A DNA stretch of 63,711 nucleotides, the filler included, from Reticulomyxa filosa (taxonomy: Eukaryota; Protista; Foraminifera): NCBI GenBank assembly GCA_000512085.1. It is 18 parts of 18 records of this genome, joined end to end, with 100 filler letters (N's around TTAATTAATTAA, not from the genome) between each part and the next. Parts side by side here need not be neighbours in the genome. Positions count along the whole stretch, not along the records: positions 11,496 to 13,060 come from ASPP01027844.1; positions 13,161 to 24,118 come from ASPP01020381.1; positions 24,219 to 27,239 come from ASPP01028013.1; 15 more parts are not named here. One strand, given 5' to 3'. The notes beneath the pieces are model-generated. The model did no database searches. It was not told the DNA's origin and saw only the letters and a program-made list of their open reading frames with translations. Shown here in pieces: positions 11,571 to 25,380 of the stretch. A program made the position numbers and the translations under genes. Numbering within the stretch: position 1 is the first letter of the stretch; each line of letters opens with the position of its first letter.

Positions 11571-13011
11571 ACTAAAAGAGGGACGGGTGCACTCCCCCAC
11601 ACAGACGGATAGACCCATTCGAAAGCGGTTGGACTGTTGCTGTTAACCAAGGGCGGAGTCCCAGACATGATTGGATGTGTCGACGGACTTCCCCCGATCA
11701 CGAATGGCGACGAAAAGGCCGTCGGAGAATAGTTGACGCCCACATTTGTATTCAAAAATTTCCCACCTATCGATTGTGGCACAATCACTGGAGTTGGGTT
11801 AAGCACTGTACCGGTGTTGTTGATGCTATTCATATTATTCATATTATTTATATTATTTATATTATTCATATTATTCATATTATTCATGCTATTTATATTA
11901 TTCATGTTATTTATGCTATTCATGTTGCTAATGCTGTTCATACCGTTTATGTTGTTTATGTTATTAATGCTGCCGATACTATTTAGACTATTCATATTGT
12001 TGATATTATTAATACTATTGATACTATTAATATTTGCCATATTATTCATATTTGTCATGCTATTGATACCGTTTAAACTATTAATGTTATTCATGTTATT
12101 GAGGCTATTGATACTGTTAAGGCTATTGATACCATTGATTCCATTAATGTTATTGATGCTATTCATATTATTGATACTATTTATATTATTCATATTATTG
12201 ATATTATTCATATTACTGATATTATTCATATTATTGTTGTTATTGTTATTGGTTCCCTGGGTGTTCATTGTGTTGTGGACATGGGAATGGGAATGGCCAT
12301 GGCCATGCGCATAATTATGAGAGCGAGAATGCGAGTGATTGGGGTTGTTACCAACGTCATTGCCGCCATAGGTTGTGCTTTGGCCGTGGAAATGTCCACT
12401 CTAAACAAATGTTGTTTTTTTTTTTAATTTTTTAAAAAAATCACACACGTACACTTCATTTATTTCATTCGAAGTAAGGGGTGAGAAGGGGAGAGAAAAA
12501 GAAAAAAAAAAAGTAACTGGGTATGCCGATCCCCGATTGTTGAAGCCATTGTGCCGGCCTTTGTTGTTGTTATGTGTTCTGTGGGTGAGCGTACTTGAAT
12601 CACTGCCATTGCACAGGAGCGGAAAAAAAAAAAACGTTTTCCAAAACAAAACAAAAAAAAAGTAAAATTAACGAATAATTTTGATCATTTAATGCATTTA
12701 ATTATTATTATTATTTTTTTTTTTTAAAATATGCAATAAAATAAAAATAAAAATAAACTAAACTAATAAACAACTTTGGCCAACAAGGCTTTGGTGGAAC
12801 CTTCTAGAAATATTCCGTTGATCCTTTTGACAGCTTCTTCCGCATCTTCAGCGTTGGCAAACCTCGCGAAAGCTTCTCTATTTTCATCGTTCACTTTCAC
12901 ATTCGTAACCTTTCCATACTTGGAAATGAATTTCTCCATATCCCTCAAAGTCATGTTGCCAGGCAAATTTCGAATTTGCACACACAAGCGATTTCTCGGA
13001 TCACCAATATC

Positions 13012-13012
<1 letters not shown>
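11570..13012 (-). CDS. RRM RNA-binding protein with long Asn-rich low-complexity region (multi-exon, partial)
   Basis: RRM: LCVQIRNLP...KYGKVTNVKV...AFARFANAEDAEEAVKRING. About 140 aa of N-N/S-I/M triplet repeat at 11820-12250. Confidence 0.8.
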
Positions 13013-13042
<30 letters not shown>

Positions 13043-13287
13043 GTTCCCTCCCCCCTTTTGNNNNNNNNNNNNNNNNNNNNNNNNNNNNNNNNNNNNNNNN
13101 NNNNTTAATTAATTAANNNNNNNNNNNNNNNNNNNNNNNNNNNNNNNNNNNNNNNNNNNNTTTTTTTTTTTAAAAAAAAATTTTTTTTTTTTTTTTTTTT
13201 TTTTAAACTTTGAATTTCAAGTGCATCATGACATCTCGTGATCTTGGATCTACAGATCAACATAACGATACTAGTGTAAGTAGCGAG

Positions 13288-14285
13288 TTACAAGGAGGCA
13301 AGTTCTAAGCCTGTGTCCTGAAACTTCATGAAAAACTGTATCACTGCAGCAGCGCTGAAAAAGATGCTAAAGTGCAATGCAAGCACGACAAGTACGAATT
13401 TTGTGCTTCCCAAATACTTACGATAGCGTAACGTCCATCTCGTGCTGCTGCTGTTATCGCTACCATGACTATTACCGTAGCCCACGCTGGGATACGTATT
13501 AGTTGTTGTTTCTGTCACTGTTACAGGAAGCGACTCTGGAGTTGACATCATTTCGGTGATGGGGGGTATATTATCTCTCTCAGGAGTACCTACCGCAATT
13601 TCTATTTCATGTTCAGGCTCAGATTTGAATCGATCCCAAGCTTTATCTTTGTGTTTAGATTTATATTTTTATTCGTATCTGTATTTTTGTTTGTGTTTGG
13701 ATTTGTCCCTACATCGGACATATTACTGCGCGTAGGAATTGGACCATCACTATCATTATAGTCGGATACAAAGCATGCATATTCATTTGGTGATATGTTA
13801 TCCTCTCTTACTTCGCTTATTCGTAGTCGCCTCAAATACAGCTGCTTTTCCCACACCAATCCATTCAGATCTTTTCCCAATTGCCAATCGTAATACAAAA
13901 ACCAAAAGCGGGGAATCAACATTGTTTCGTGAATTAATACCGACAATGAAAACCAATCGTATACTTTTTGGTCCTTCGAACTGGTGTTAAATAGTAAATT
14001 GTAACGGCAAAATGGAAGCACCACTTTTTTTTTTTCCCAGTTCTCTTTTTTTCGATCCCTCCCTTTTTTTTTTTTTTTTTGAAAATATGTACCTATTTCA
14101 ACGACAGTACAAATGGCTAGCACAATTGTCGCCAAAGGCCTTCTTCGATAAATAAAATCCAATTTCTGATATTTCCAAAAGTTGAACAACAGATAACATA
14201 TCACTGGTGCAAGTAAAACCTCTCTCCAAAACAGCAGCACCACAAAAAACGTCATAGCCTCATTTTTGTTAAAAAATACAACCAT
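13288..14285 (-). CDS. Multi-pass membrane protein, GPCR/7TM-like, partial
   Basis: Hydrophobic helices with FIYRRRP and RFWFLYYDW motifs. An intron is read through by the ORF track at about 14020-14092. Confidence 0.5.
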
Positions 14286-14475
14286 CTTTGCTCGAATATT
14301 TGCTTTATTTACACGAATGCCTTGTATTTACTCTTGTTGACTTTTTTCAGAAACTACTTTTTTTTTAATACCCTCTTTCAAGCAAGTTCTTTTTAGTAAA
14401 TAACTTTTTCTTAATATTTATCTTGAAAAAATGTACTATTGTCTATTAAAACACATAAGATGTGCCAGTAAGCTG

Positions 14476-14745
14476 CAGTAAACGCAAAAGCAAGTTGACA
14501 CCTACACGGAGTCTTATAGAGATTATTGATTTTCTTCACGAAAAAATAACATTCAGACCTATTTTTTTTGAAAAATATCTACGAATCGTGTAGTCTTTAA
14601 ATATAATTTTGGTTTTTATTAAATCTTTCCAATGATTACAGTAACCAAAATGATGTTTATTTTGAAAAAAAAAATTTTCATGAAGAAAATCAATAGTCTC
14701 TATAAGGTGCCATTTTAGGTGTCAAATTTCTTTTGCATTCTACTG
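14476..14745. mobile_element. MITE-like element with ~80-bp degenerate terminal inverted repeats (Tc1/mariner-type ends)
   Basis: 14476-14558 (CAGTAAACGCAAAAGCAAGTTGACACCTA...TTATAGAGATTATTGATTTTCTTCA) is reverse-complementary to ~14661-14745. Ends are CAGT...ACTG, followed by TA on the right. Confidence 0.7.
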
Positions 14746-15424
14746 TATAAATGTGCCTTGAATCGCATTCTAATAGTTTTCAAATTTAAAAAATTGTTAT
14801 TTTTGTCATCATTGTATTTCATGTATGTAACACTTGTAGTCTCATGATGTTGTAGTAAGTAATTCTCACACTACAAGTGAACTTTGGAACCCTTCATTCT
14901 AACAACACACTACTCACTTTCACGATTTTGTTGAATCTTGTTGTTTGTTTTCTCTTTTATTTAAATTTTACTCTTTTGTTTTAAATTGCTCAAAAGAGTG
15001 CAAATCTTTCGCATTACAATTTGCGCACCTCTTTCAGCAGAAAACCCACACATTCAGTGTAAATTTGTGCTGTTAATCAATTTTTTTGCGTGCTTTGTGT
15101 TTTAGAACTATGTCTAACTTGGCGCTTCGTAATTCGATTTTCTAACCTTTTATAATTAAAAAGTTTTTAATTATTGCTGTTTTTGCTTACTTATTTGCTG
15201 ATTTTAAAGTTGTGTCAAAGATTTTGAAATTAGCTCGGTTACTCGCTGTCCTTCAATTTAAAAATTTTTTGCCGTTACACAACTGCTTTTCTCTTAAACG
15301 TTTCAGGAGTCACCAAAGTAAAAGTTAAATACAATATGAACCTTTTTTTAAGCACGCTGGCCCATTGCAGAGACATAAGCTTGAATCAAATAAAAATAAA
15401 CTAAATTACGCTTTCAAAGTAATA

Positions 15425-16553
15425 ATGACAAATTGGCTTCATGTTTCGTATGCCATTGTGACTTACTTTTCGTTTGTGGTGATCCTTGGTGTATTCCTGT
15501 TATACTGTTATTTTTCATACTCTTTGCTCAATCAAAAATCGAAAGATACGAAAAAATTGTTAATTGGCATAACATTGGCGTGTATTTTGGGTTATTTGTG
15601 GGTAGAAATAATGGTAATAGCAGAAATCAATATGGATGCGGCATTCTGTAATATGCGTGTGAAAATGTTAACAGCGGCGTTTTGTTTGTCAAAATTTTGT
15701 TTATATTACTTATTTTTGTATCGATTACACTCAATTTTCGGAAAGTCAGAGTATGCATATCCTGTGAAAAACCTCATTATTTTTGCGGCCTTACTTGCAT
15801 TACTGTTTATCTTTTATCTCGTGTATGGTGCATTTATTGTGTACGGACGAGTGTCCGAATTCAGTCACTGTACATGGACAGGTCCATCTTGGTTCGTCCT
15901 TCTTTTTGGTGGTTTGGATTTGGTGATCAGTTTCATATGTTTGTTGTTGTTTTTAAGGTTAACACATATACATATATTTTTTTGTTTTGTTTGTGCCCCC
16001 CCCCCCTTTTTTTTTTCCATTTGCTAAAAATGATTGATGCTCATTTTTTTATAACACTTTTTTTTCTCGCTCCTGAAAAGACCTTTAGTGAAGATGTCAC
16101 AAATCCAACCGGAAAATCATTTCTTGGTTTTAGTGCTAAAGTATGCTATTTTAACGACTACCTCTGTCGGAACTACCTTTGCTGCGCTATTGTTGCTCGT
16201 TTTGTCAGGGGGAAAACTATTCCATGCGAATCGGTTGGATGATGTTACGTATACTTTTTCCAAAATTCATTGATGCATCTATACGCACGTTTTGTTTTAT
16301 GGATGAACGAAAATAATTAAAGATGATCAATTGCATTTGCTTGGTGTTAATGAACAAGTGGTTTGACAACTGGTATCGCAAATTGTGCCGTGGATGTTTT
16401 TATTGCTGTACTCTCCCGTTCAGTTCACGCAAGAACTTGCTCCTTTTTCTTAGACGTACTACGATAGAGCCTTCCCGTCAGAATAGTACTCAACCTACCG
16501 GAGTTGATATGGAAATTTCTCCTTCCAATATTCAAACACAAGATGTTAATTGA
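15425..16553 (+). CDS. 7TM GPCR-like receptor (3 exons)
   Basis: About seven hydrophobic helices across ORFs 15365..16027, 16088..16273 and 16323..16553. Cys at top of TM3, LFLYRL at end of TM3, and INCICLVLM...WYRKLCRGC in TM7/helix 8. Confidence 0.7.
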
Positions 16554-17719
16554 CACTTTTTTGGGTTTCTTCAGCTTTTTTTCTTGTTTGAAAGTTGTTG
16601 TAGTTTTTTCCTGGAAAATGCAGAATATTTGTTACATTGATCCAAATCATTTTTGTGGTGTCTTATTTTCATAAAAAATCAGTGCGGAAAAAAAGACGCA
16701 CAATAATTTCAAACTGTCTTTGAAACCTCCTTTCAGTGTTAATGTTTTTGAAAAAGTTTGCAATGTAGATATTATTATTTTATTCACAATTTTGCTCTGG
16801 GATCTGTGAATGCTTCAACAGCGCATAACTGTTGCAGTAACTTTGAAGAATAACAGCTCTAATTCATGTTATATGCCCCCATTCGAAAGGTGAGGATTTG
16901 ACTTAGATTTGTTGAGTGTTGAGGTGTGACTGCCACGGCCCACAGTTTGGCCATGTAATATAAAGTTGTTTACCTCTGATAATTTGGCAAGAAGTTTTCA
17001 AGTATTTCTAAGCTGATTTATTGTTTGGCATGCAAAACTTGCAAAGGTAAAACGGTTGTTACTGCATAAGTTTAATTGTCGCACACACAAAGCTTGGAAG
17101 GAGATGATTTAGATTCAACAAATTTCCACAACGAAAATAAGCCAATCAATAAAATCTACTCCCACAGTCAAGCAATACAAACAGAAAAAAAAGTACAACG
17201 ACATTTTACAAAAGAAAAACCAAAAAAACTTAGAACATAACAAAATTGGAGGAAAAAAACATAACAAGGTTAATCTGGAAAAAAAAATATTTAATATATT
17301 TTTGATAACAAGTGAAAACTAGTTCAATTCCAATGGATAAAACTGTCTACCAAATCCAAATGGTATGAACCGAGAGAAAGAGGCAAAGGGAGAAAGAAAA
17401 TGTATCTCCAAAAGCAACAAAGATTCTCAAAAAAAAGAAAAAAAGAGCCTCTTCATAGCAACAAGTAATGAATTAAAAAAAACCAACACCAAAAAAAAGA
17501 TAACAAATAAACAAACAAATGAAAAGAAACACAAACAAATAAACAAGATATAAAAAAATTTTTCATCAGAATGGATATTTCCTCCAAGATATTGTTGTGT
17601 GTGTGTATATTGCGCACCCTCATCCTCCTTCTGCACTCGTTTTTCAAGGATGGAACTAGAGTGGCAAAAAAAGAAGTAGAGGCGCAATAGAGAATAAGGA
17701 AAGTAACGCAACAACTCCT

Positions 17720-20700
17720 TTAAGAAAATTTGAGTAGTTCTTGCAAATTAGATATCCAAAAGTGACAGTCATTTGCATCGATACACTCCAAGCATACATG
17801 TTTTCGTTTCAATTTGATGGATTGGAACACAAACAAATAAATGATCATAAAACACTTGTTTTTTTCGAAGTTGGACAATAGGACATGTCTGTTTCCAGGC
17901 AAGACATTTTCCACCCAATCAAAGGGGAACTGTTCAAACACTTCTCCCTTTTCGCTTTCCACAATGACCCAAATGCGCCACCGATGGTTGATATTGTTGT
18001 TTTTTGTAATTAGTTTTTTGTCTTCATTTTCATGTTCGTCATCATTACCTGTGGCATGTTCCTGTTCGCCATCGTCTGGAGGGACAAGAGATGAGTCCGA
18101 GTTGGGTATTTTTTTCAAATGTTTGGCAATGAGTTTTTCGTCTTCTCGCTGGCGTTTAATTTTGGTCCAGTCTTGCGGATCAGCATGATCTGCCCCTAGA
18201 TCGTGGTCATTGTCTCGAGGTCGCAGCTGAATGCGTAGCTTTACATAATGCGTTGACACTTGTTGTCCGCGATGTTTGGCATCCATCTTGTCAACGCCCT
18301 CACTGCCGTGATGACGTGTCTTGGTCGTCTTCATGCGTGCACGCACACTGAGCGGTGCATTCATGGTATGCTGTCGCATCGTGGTGCCGGTGATCAAAGC
18401 GACGAGTTCACGCGAAATGGAAGCGTTCAACTCGTGGACGTGTTCAATAGCCAATGGCAAGCATTTGTGAACAATGGCCTGTTCAAACGCGAGCCAATTC
18501 GATAGCATCATTTGTGCTTCTTTCCCTTCCAATTGTAACGAGTACACGACTGCCTTCAACACGCGATATCCATTACTCTCCGTCAGGTCATGCCACGTGC
18601 GCTTTTCTGCACCGAGCATGTTTGCGATAATCTTCAAGTAGTAGTCAATCAACAGTGCATGATTTTCCCGAGTGGCCGAGTGCGAGATGAGTTGCGACAT
18701 GGCCACAACAGCAAACACGCCATCGCGCTCCACCAAATGCGACGCCGGTTTGTGGTACACGGACAATCTCCACACCACCACTACCACGCGCAGCAACATG
18801 TCCATCACTTTTTTTTTCCATTGTCCCTTCTTCATCCACTTTGGCGCTTCGCCGGATGCGAATCGACGGCTGCCGACGAACTTGAGCAACTGTCCAAGCT
18901 TCCGCAACAGCCAAAATAGAAACGTTCCATATCTCGAGGCACATTCAAATGCATATGATTTGTTGTTGATCTGGATCTTGTATATCACATTGTCTTCGTT
19001 GCCACTTTCTTGTTTTTCTTTCACTTTTTCTTCATTTTCATTTTCATTTTCATTTTCTTCTTCTTCTTCTTCTGGTCGTTTTTGTGTGTACATTGGATTT
19101 AGATTTGGATTTAGATTTGGATGTTGGTGTTGAATCAATTTGGTATAACGATTGGTATCGACGAGGGCGTCAATCATTTCCAAGTACTCTCTCAACGCAT
19201 CACTGTGGGATTGCAACAGGTCTGCAAAATGCAAAGGCGAGGACGTGGCTGCGATAGTGGGATCAATGTTCGAAGGTGTGGGGTCTTCTTGTGTCAAGGC
19301 TTCTATCATCGACTTAAACACGTGGTAGCGACTACATACTTGGTAGATGCGAATGAGTCTGAGCAGCGACGGATCGATTTCAAAGTCAATGTCGCTCAGA
19401 TCACTGTTATTGTATTCCTCCGCTTTTTCTCTTTCATCCTCGCGCATTTGCTTTTTCATTTTCATTTTTATTTTCATTTTCTTCGATGCGCTCTTGTCAC
19501 TATCCGATTGCTGTTTATCTGTCGATCCTGGTTTCGTCAGTCGAAAGTTCTTCCACAATTGCGGCTCGATTTTTTTGCATACGCGGATCACTGGCCAAAT
19601 CAAGGTCACGTTGTTACGTGAAGTAAGCACGTGCATCATGTAGTGCACCATGCCGCTTCGCAGCAATACCTGCTGGTGCTTTCGTCGTACCTCTCGCGTC
19701 AACAAAACTACTTTCGTGTCATTGTCACCTGAATAATTGCGTTCCTCTTTCCCCCCTTGAACGGACATCAAGTTCCCCAAAGTTGCAGAAATTTTTGGAA
19801 GTTCTGTGTCCAGATCCGCAAACATGTATATACATACATATACACATATATACATACATATACATATACATATATGTACATATATATACATATATGTACA
19901 TATATATATGTGTATATGCATATGTATGTATTAATCATACCTGATTTATTTACATTGTTTTTAACACTTGGAGAATAGACATCATAGTGATGATGACGAA
20001 GAGACTCTTTGGGATGAATGGAAGTGACTAAGATATGCAACAATTGTAAACACATTTTCATTAATAAGTATTCATCGGTGTAGACCAACATGACATTGTA
20101 AATATGCTTGTACAACTTGTTGTTCATGAAGGACAGGACGTCATTTGGGTCGCGCATCATATTGCCCATGCATCCCAACGACGATTGTTGGATGCTCACA
20201 ATCGTTTCTTTTTCAATCTTGTCCCATTCCTCATTCCACGCGTCTTTCTTTTTTTTTTCTTGCGTTTTTTATTGTGAGGATGCTCGACCTCGTCCCACTC
20301 TTCCAACGTGTCGTCCTTTCCCTTTTCCGGTCGTTGCAGCTTCATGCGATAAATCTGTATGTACTTCTCCATCACATTGATTAGAAATGCCGATGTGTTG
20401 AATTGATACCACATCGTCCAACTTGCATTGCGATTGTTACTCAAATTACACAATGCTATGCATCCGCATTTGACGATATCGCCGCGATCTAGATTGTCAT
20501 TGATGGTCGACATAATCTCTGTGACCACATTGGCTTGCATCAACATCGGGACGTTGTCCGCGACCGAGGCCAGATTCGCTATACACGTCAGTGCGCTGAT
20601 AATTATGATCGCGTCGATGTTGCTGTTACATCTGCGATATTGCAATGTCAGCACGCACGCCTTGTCCCCACCACTTTTGCATATCATCTTGCTATTCGTG

Positions 20701-23700
20701 TTGTTCTTTTCACTGCTACTTTCCGAATGCATGCAACTTATCAAGGTGTTGAAGCAATACAGGCACAAGTCGTCCACACGATTGTAGCGATACAAAATTG
20801 TTAGAATTAACCGGATTCCTTTCGTTTATTCATTTGTTTATTTATTTGTCTTTGTCATATATGTCTTATTATGTATAATACAAACCATTGGAAGATTGAA
20901 CAAGGGCCTGTTTATTGACGACATGATTGTATGTGATAATTTCCAAAATGTAACAGCACTTGCGAAGGACATTGACATCGGAATGCAAATACAGTTCACA
21001 GATTTCTAACACAAAGCCAATGACTCCTACTTTGTACAACATGGTTTTCATGTCGTTGTCGTCGCAGCTTCCTTGACACAGTGCGCAACAAATATTCAAG
21101 CAACAGTCGATCATCTCTTTGTTGAGACGACTCTTTTCCAACGACACCAATTGAAACAGGTCGGCAAAGAATTGTCTGCAGTTCTCTTTGATTACTTCGC
21201 GAAGCTCTTTGCCACTGACAGCCAGGTCTTGTTCCATCCTTTGGTGATTGAGCGCGTGGATCGAAGATGGAAAAATGTCAGGTATCATCGTTCGAGGATC
21301 GCCAAGGCTGTTCGCATTGGCATTCGAATCCGACATCATGGCAACGACGCCGACACCAGTATACCCTTTGACATTTTGATTGGACGAGTGCAAGCGCAAC
21401 ACAATCTCTTCCACGATTTTGATCCATTCATTTTCATTACGCGCATAATGCAAATCTTTCAACAGCTGTTTTCCATCGACAATGCACTCTTTTGTGCCCT
21501 TTTCGACCGCTCGTCGTTCCCTTTGCATGGGCTCGGGCATTGGTGTGCGACTGCCTTTGCGGATGTGATCGTCATTGTTTATATTTGGACTAGTGTTTGC
21601 AGAGGGTTTTATCGGTCTTGCATTAGGGTCATTTGGATTTGCTCCAATTGTTGCAGGTGCATTGTGCAGCATCTCTTTCGAATGCGGCACTTGTCCTTGC
21701 TTGCGTTGTTGTTGTTGTTGTTGTTGTTGTTGTCGTTGTCGTGGTGGTGGAGATCGTTGTGCACGTGCGAGTTCTTTTGCTATCGCATCGTTGCTCGTCG
21801 TTTGCACTTCATCGTCTTGTTTATACTCTTCCAATCGTGGTATCGCATATTCATTGGTTTGCGTCGAGGACTGCGATACTTGAAGATTATGTGTATTTTG
21901 AGGAGAAGGAGGTGAATGATTTATCGGTACACTTTCTTTTTTTTTTTAAATTAAAACAATTTACAAAATTGATCCCAAATTATACGTACACATATATATA
22001 TATATATAAACAAATATAAATATTTATATTCAAATAAGTTGAATGTCAAATAGGAACCTTTGGAAGGAGGGGTGTTCAATGTCTGTGGTATCGGGGATGT
22101 AGTAGGTGTCTTTGGGAACTGTGATAGAACAGGGATGACAATTCGTGTGAGAGGTGTACCTCTTTCTTTGGGGTTATTTTGGATTGGCGCATTAGGTGTT
22201 CGACTGCGAGGAGGCGGGTTGACAGATGCACGATCTGGACTCGTGTTCTTAGGGTCACGCGAATTGTTCCGACGTGACTGTTTCGATTCTTGAGACTGCG
22301 TCTTTTTTTTACGCGCATTCTTTTCGTCATTGTCACTCCATGCTTTGGAATCCTTGGATTTTTTGTTTGTTTCGACGCCTCCTCCTTTTTGGGATGGAAC
22401 GACTTGCGTCGGCACATCTTGACGTTGAGGAGGGTGGTCATGACTCTTTTGTTCTTCCTCTGGTTTTGAATGCGCGTTGGCATTCTTGTCATTGGTGGGG
22501 ACCAATGTCGGAGATGGAGCAATGTGTCGCGTTGGAGCGAATTGCAAGGTTTGCAACAAGCGCTGTACGATTTGATTTTTGCGCTCTTCTTTCTGCTCCG
22601 GAGTCATTGGCGAGACGGACACGGCATTGGCCACCGCACTTTGCAGCGCTGAACTGGTGGGATCAGAACCCGGCTGTTGAATATTAAACATATCCACAAC
22701 ATTGATCAAGGCAGTACGCACTTGAGGGTCGCTCAAGACTTGCTGCATCATCTCTCTTTTTTCGCGCTCTTCCACACGTGCTTTCATCGTTTCTTTTTTG
22801 TTACGAGAGTTGCCACGGACATTGGTTCGACTTCCATTTCCTTCTCCTCCTCCTCCTCCTGCTTTATTTGGATATGCGAGGGGTCTCTTCGTTGTCCATT
22901 TGCGCATGGTACGGACAGCACGATTTGGATTCTGAGCTGTCGTTTCATTGTCGGTGTCTGTTTCCGTTTCGAACTCACTGCCACTGCTTGCTCGGTCTTC
23001 CAATATCGGTGAGTCTTTGATCACGAGTTCGTCCATTTTCTTTATCGTATGCGGCGGTGGGGACAGCACGCTGCTTTGCTCTTTTGCTTCTTCCGACAGG
23101 TTGTTCAGCAGCTGGAATTGCTCGTCACCAAACGTGTAACCATTGTTTCCTCTTACTGTCGGATCGCGTTTTTTTGTGTCTTGGTTATATTGGGATGTCA
23201 ATGTTTTGTTGTTTACTTGCTGTTCGTCTTGTTGATTGTCATTATTGTCATTGTTGTCATTGTTGTCATTATTGTCATTATTGTCATTATTGTCATTATT
23301 GTCATTGTTGTCATTATCATTGTTATTGCTATTTTTTGCGCTTTGTTGTTGTTGGTCGTTCGTTTCTGATCCTTTGGCATTATGGAATCGTGCCATCTTT
23401 TCTTCTTTGTGTTGATCACTGTCTTCGGGTGAGGTCACTCGGTCTTGGCTGGATCCACCACTGTGATGGCTTCCGTCAGATGACGCCTCCGTGTGCAACT
23501 CGGTATCACTTTTTGAAATTTGCTCGTCTTTTGATTCCAATGAGTTTCCACCTTTTCCTGCAGCTTGTTGTTTGGACTGGACTTGAGATCCTTCCTTCAC
23601 CGCATATTTTCTCTCTTTTAGCAATTTCTCTTTTGTATCCTGTTTCTCTTCTTCTTTCTCTTTTTCTTTTTCTTTTTCCCTTTCCTTTTCTTTTTTTTCT

Positions 23701-24060
23701 TCTTTTTCTTTTTCCTTTTCTTTTTCTTTTTCTTCTTCCTCTTCATTGCTGTGGCCAGCTTTTATCCCAGAGGTTGATGACAGTTTTTGCTTTTGCTGGT
23801 CCGAGAATATTCCGGCGCTTTCTTGTTCCTTTTTATCCTGATGCACGGATTTTTGCTGTGTAATCGAATTCGTGTTCTTGGTTATGTGTCTGCTGATACG
23901 CATGGCTGGAGGTGGTTTTATTTCGTTACGACGGTTGTCTATGTCTTTCCTTGTGCTTTGCATGGTCAATATCCCATCTGTGGACACGGTGAGAGAAGGA
24001 GAAGGATTGATCCTTTCAGTGGAATGTAAACCACTCAACGTGTTGCCTAATAACGGATAT
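17720..24060 (-). CDS. Large multi-exon armadillo/HEAT-repeat protein with low-complexity N-terminus and PH-like C-terminus
   Basis: Four long collinear ORFs separated by short introns. ARM-like repeats (ALTCIANLAS, GCIALCNLSN, SLGCMGNMM) and a terminal CFMI...LECIDANDCHFWISNLQELL segment typical of PH domains. Confidence 0.7.
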
Positions 24061-24218
24061 CGATTGGAAACACCTTTTTTTTTTCCCCCCCCCCCCCCCC
24101 CTTTTTTTTTTTTTTTTTNNNNNNNNNNNNNNNNNNNNNNNNNNNNNNNNNNNNNNNNNNNNTTAATTAATTAANNNNNNNNNNNNNNNNNNNNNNNNNN
24201 NNNNNNNNNNNNNNNNNN

Positions 24219-25380
24219 ATGTTTGTCCTTTCAATCCTAATTGTGTGTTTGTAAGACACCATGAATGACATAATTTATATTCCAATGAAACTTGCATATT
24301 TGGATAATGAGGAATATGTCTGTAAATATCATTCAATAATACATTTTCATTCATATTCGATGAAATTTGTGGCTCATACTTATCAAAATTACATTTAAAT
24401 CTTACCACTCCATTCTTTCCATATATAGATAGACTCTTGTTTTATTTGTAATTGATGTTTGAGATGTTCAAGTCCTTGTTTCAAAGTTACTGAATAAGGA
24501 TTCACTGGCTCAAGAATGGTTAAGAATGAGATTACAGTATTTGATACAACTTGTTTCAATTTCAGAATAATCATTATATAATTGAATATGAACATTTAAT
24601 TCCAATGATGATTTTCTTTGGATTTCCAACCTGTAATGTTTTTAACTTTATTTTTTTGAATTTAAATGCTTTATTTAAATCTAATAATACAATTCTTTCG
24701 ATATTCATAATAAAATAAAATTAAGGTATTTTTTCCATTTTCCATTCGATAACATATGTACTATATCTGGAATACTCATTCTTGTTTTGTAACTATATTG
24801 AATATATTATTTGTATACATTTATCCATTTGTCAATTGTAAAATAAAAATATAAATAAATAATACAATGGTTGTTGATCAATCCACGTTAACATAATATT
24901 TGAATAAACATGACAATTGAAAAAATAATTTGGTAAAAATGATAATATCAATTACCATCACTTTCTTTTTGGAACCCACATTCTTTTAAAAATGATTCCA
25001 TATTCTCAAATAATGAATCCACATTGGCATTGAATCGAAAACACTTTCGTTTTAAAATTTGATACAATGAATTTGTATTGATTTGACGATATTTAATATT
25101 TTTTGGTTGAAATAAGATATTTCATAATATATATATACAAACACATTTCTCTCTTTATTTTCAATTCATTGTTTTCCTCTATTCTATTCATACAAAATCC
25201 AAACTTTCTCAAATGGATTCATTTCTTATCATAGTAGAAAGAATATCTTCCAAGTTTATTAATGTATCAAAATAAATTAGATTACATTGTTTCCATGTTT
25301 CCAAAATAGTTGTTTTGTCCATTTTATTATCAACTTTTTCTAATAATTCCATTAAATACAGTTGTTGTTGAGATGTTGTT
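24219..25380 (-). pseudogene. Degraded fragment of an AT-rich hypothetical gene
   Basis: Short collinear ORF pieces (24395..24595, 24219..24408) with frameshifts. No family recognised. Confidence 0.3.

Noticed and set aside
11733-12314. 193-aa very hydrophobic + strand ORF
   Set aside because: Antisense shadow of the Asn-rich repeat. The same applies to shadow ORFs at 21073-23863.
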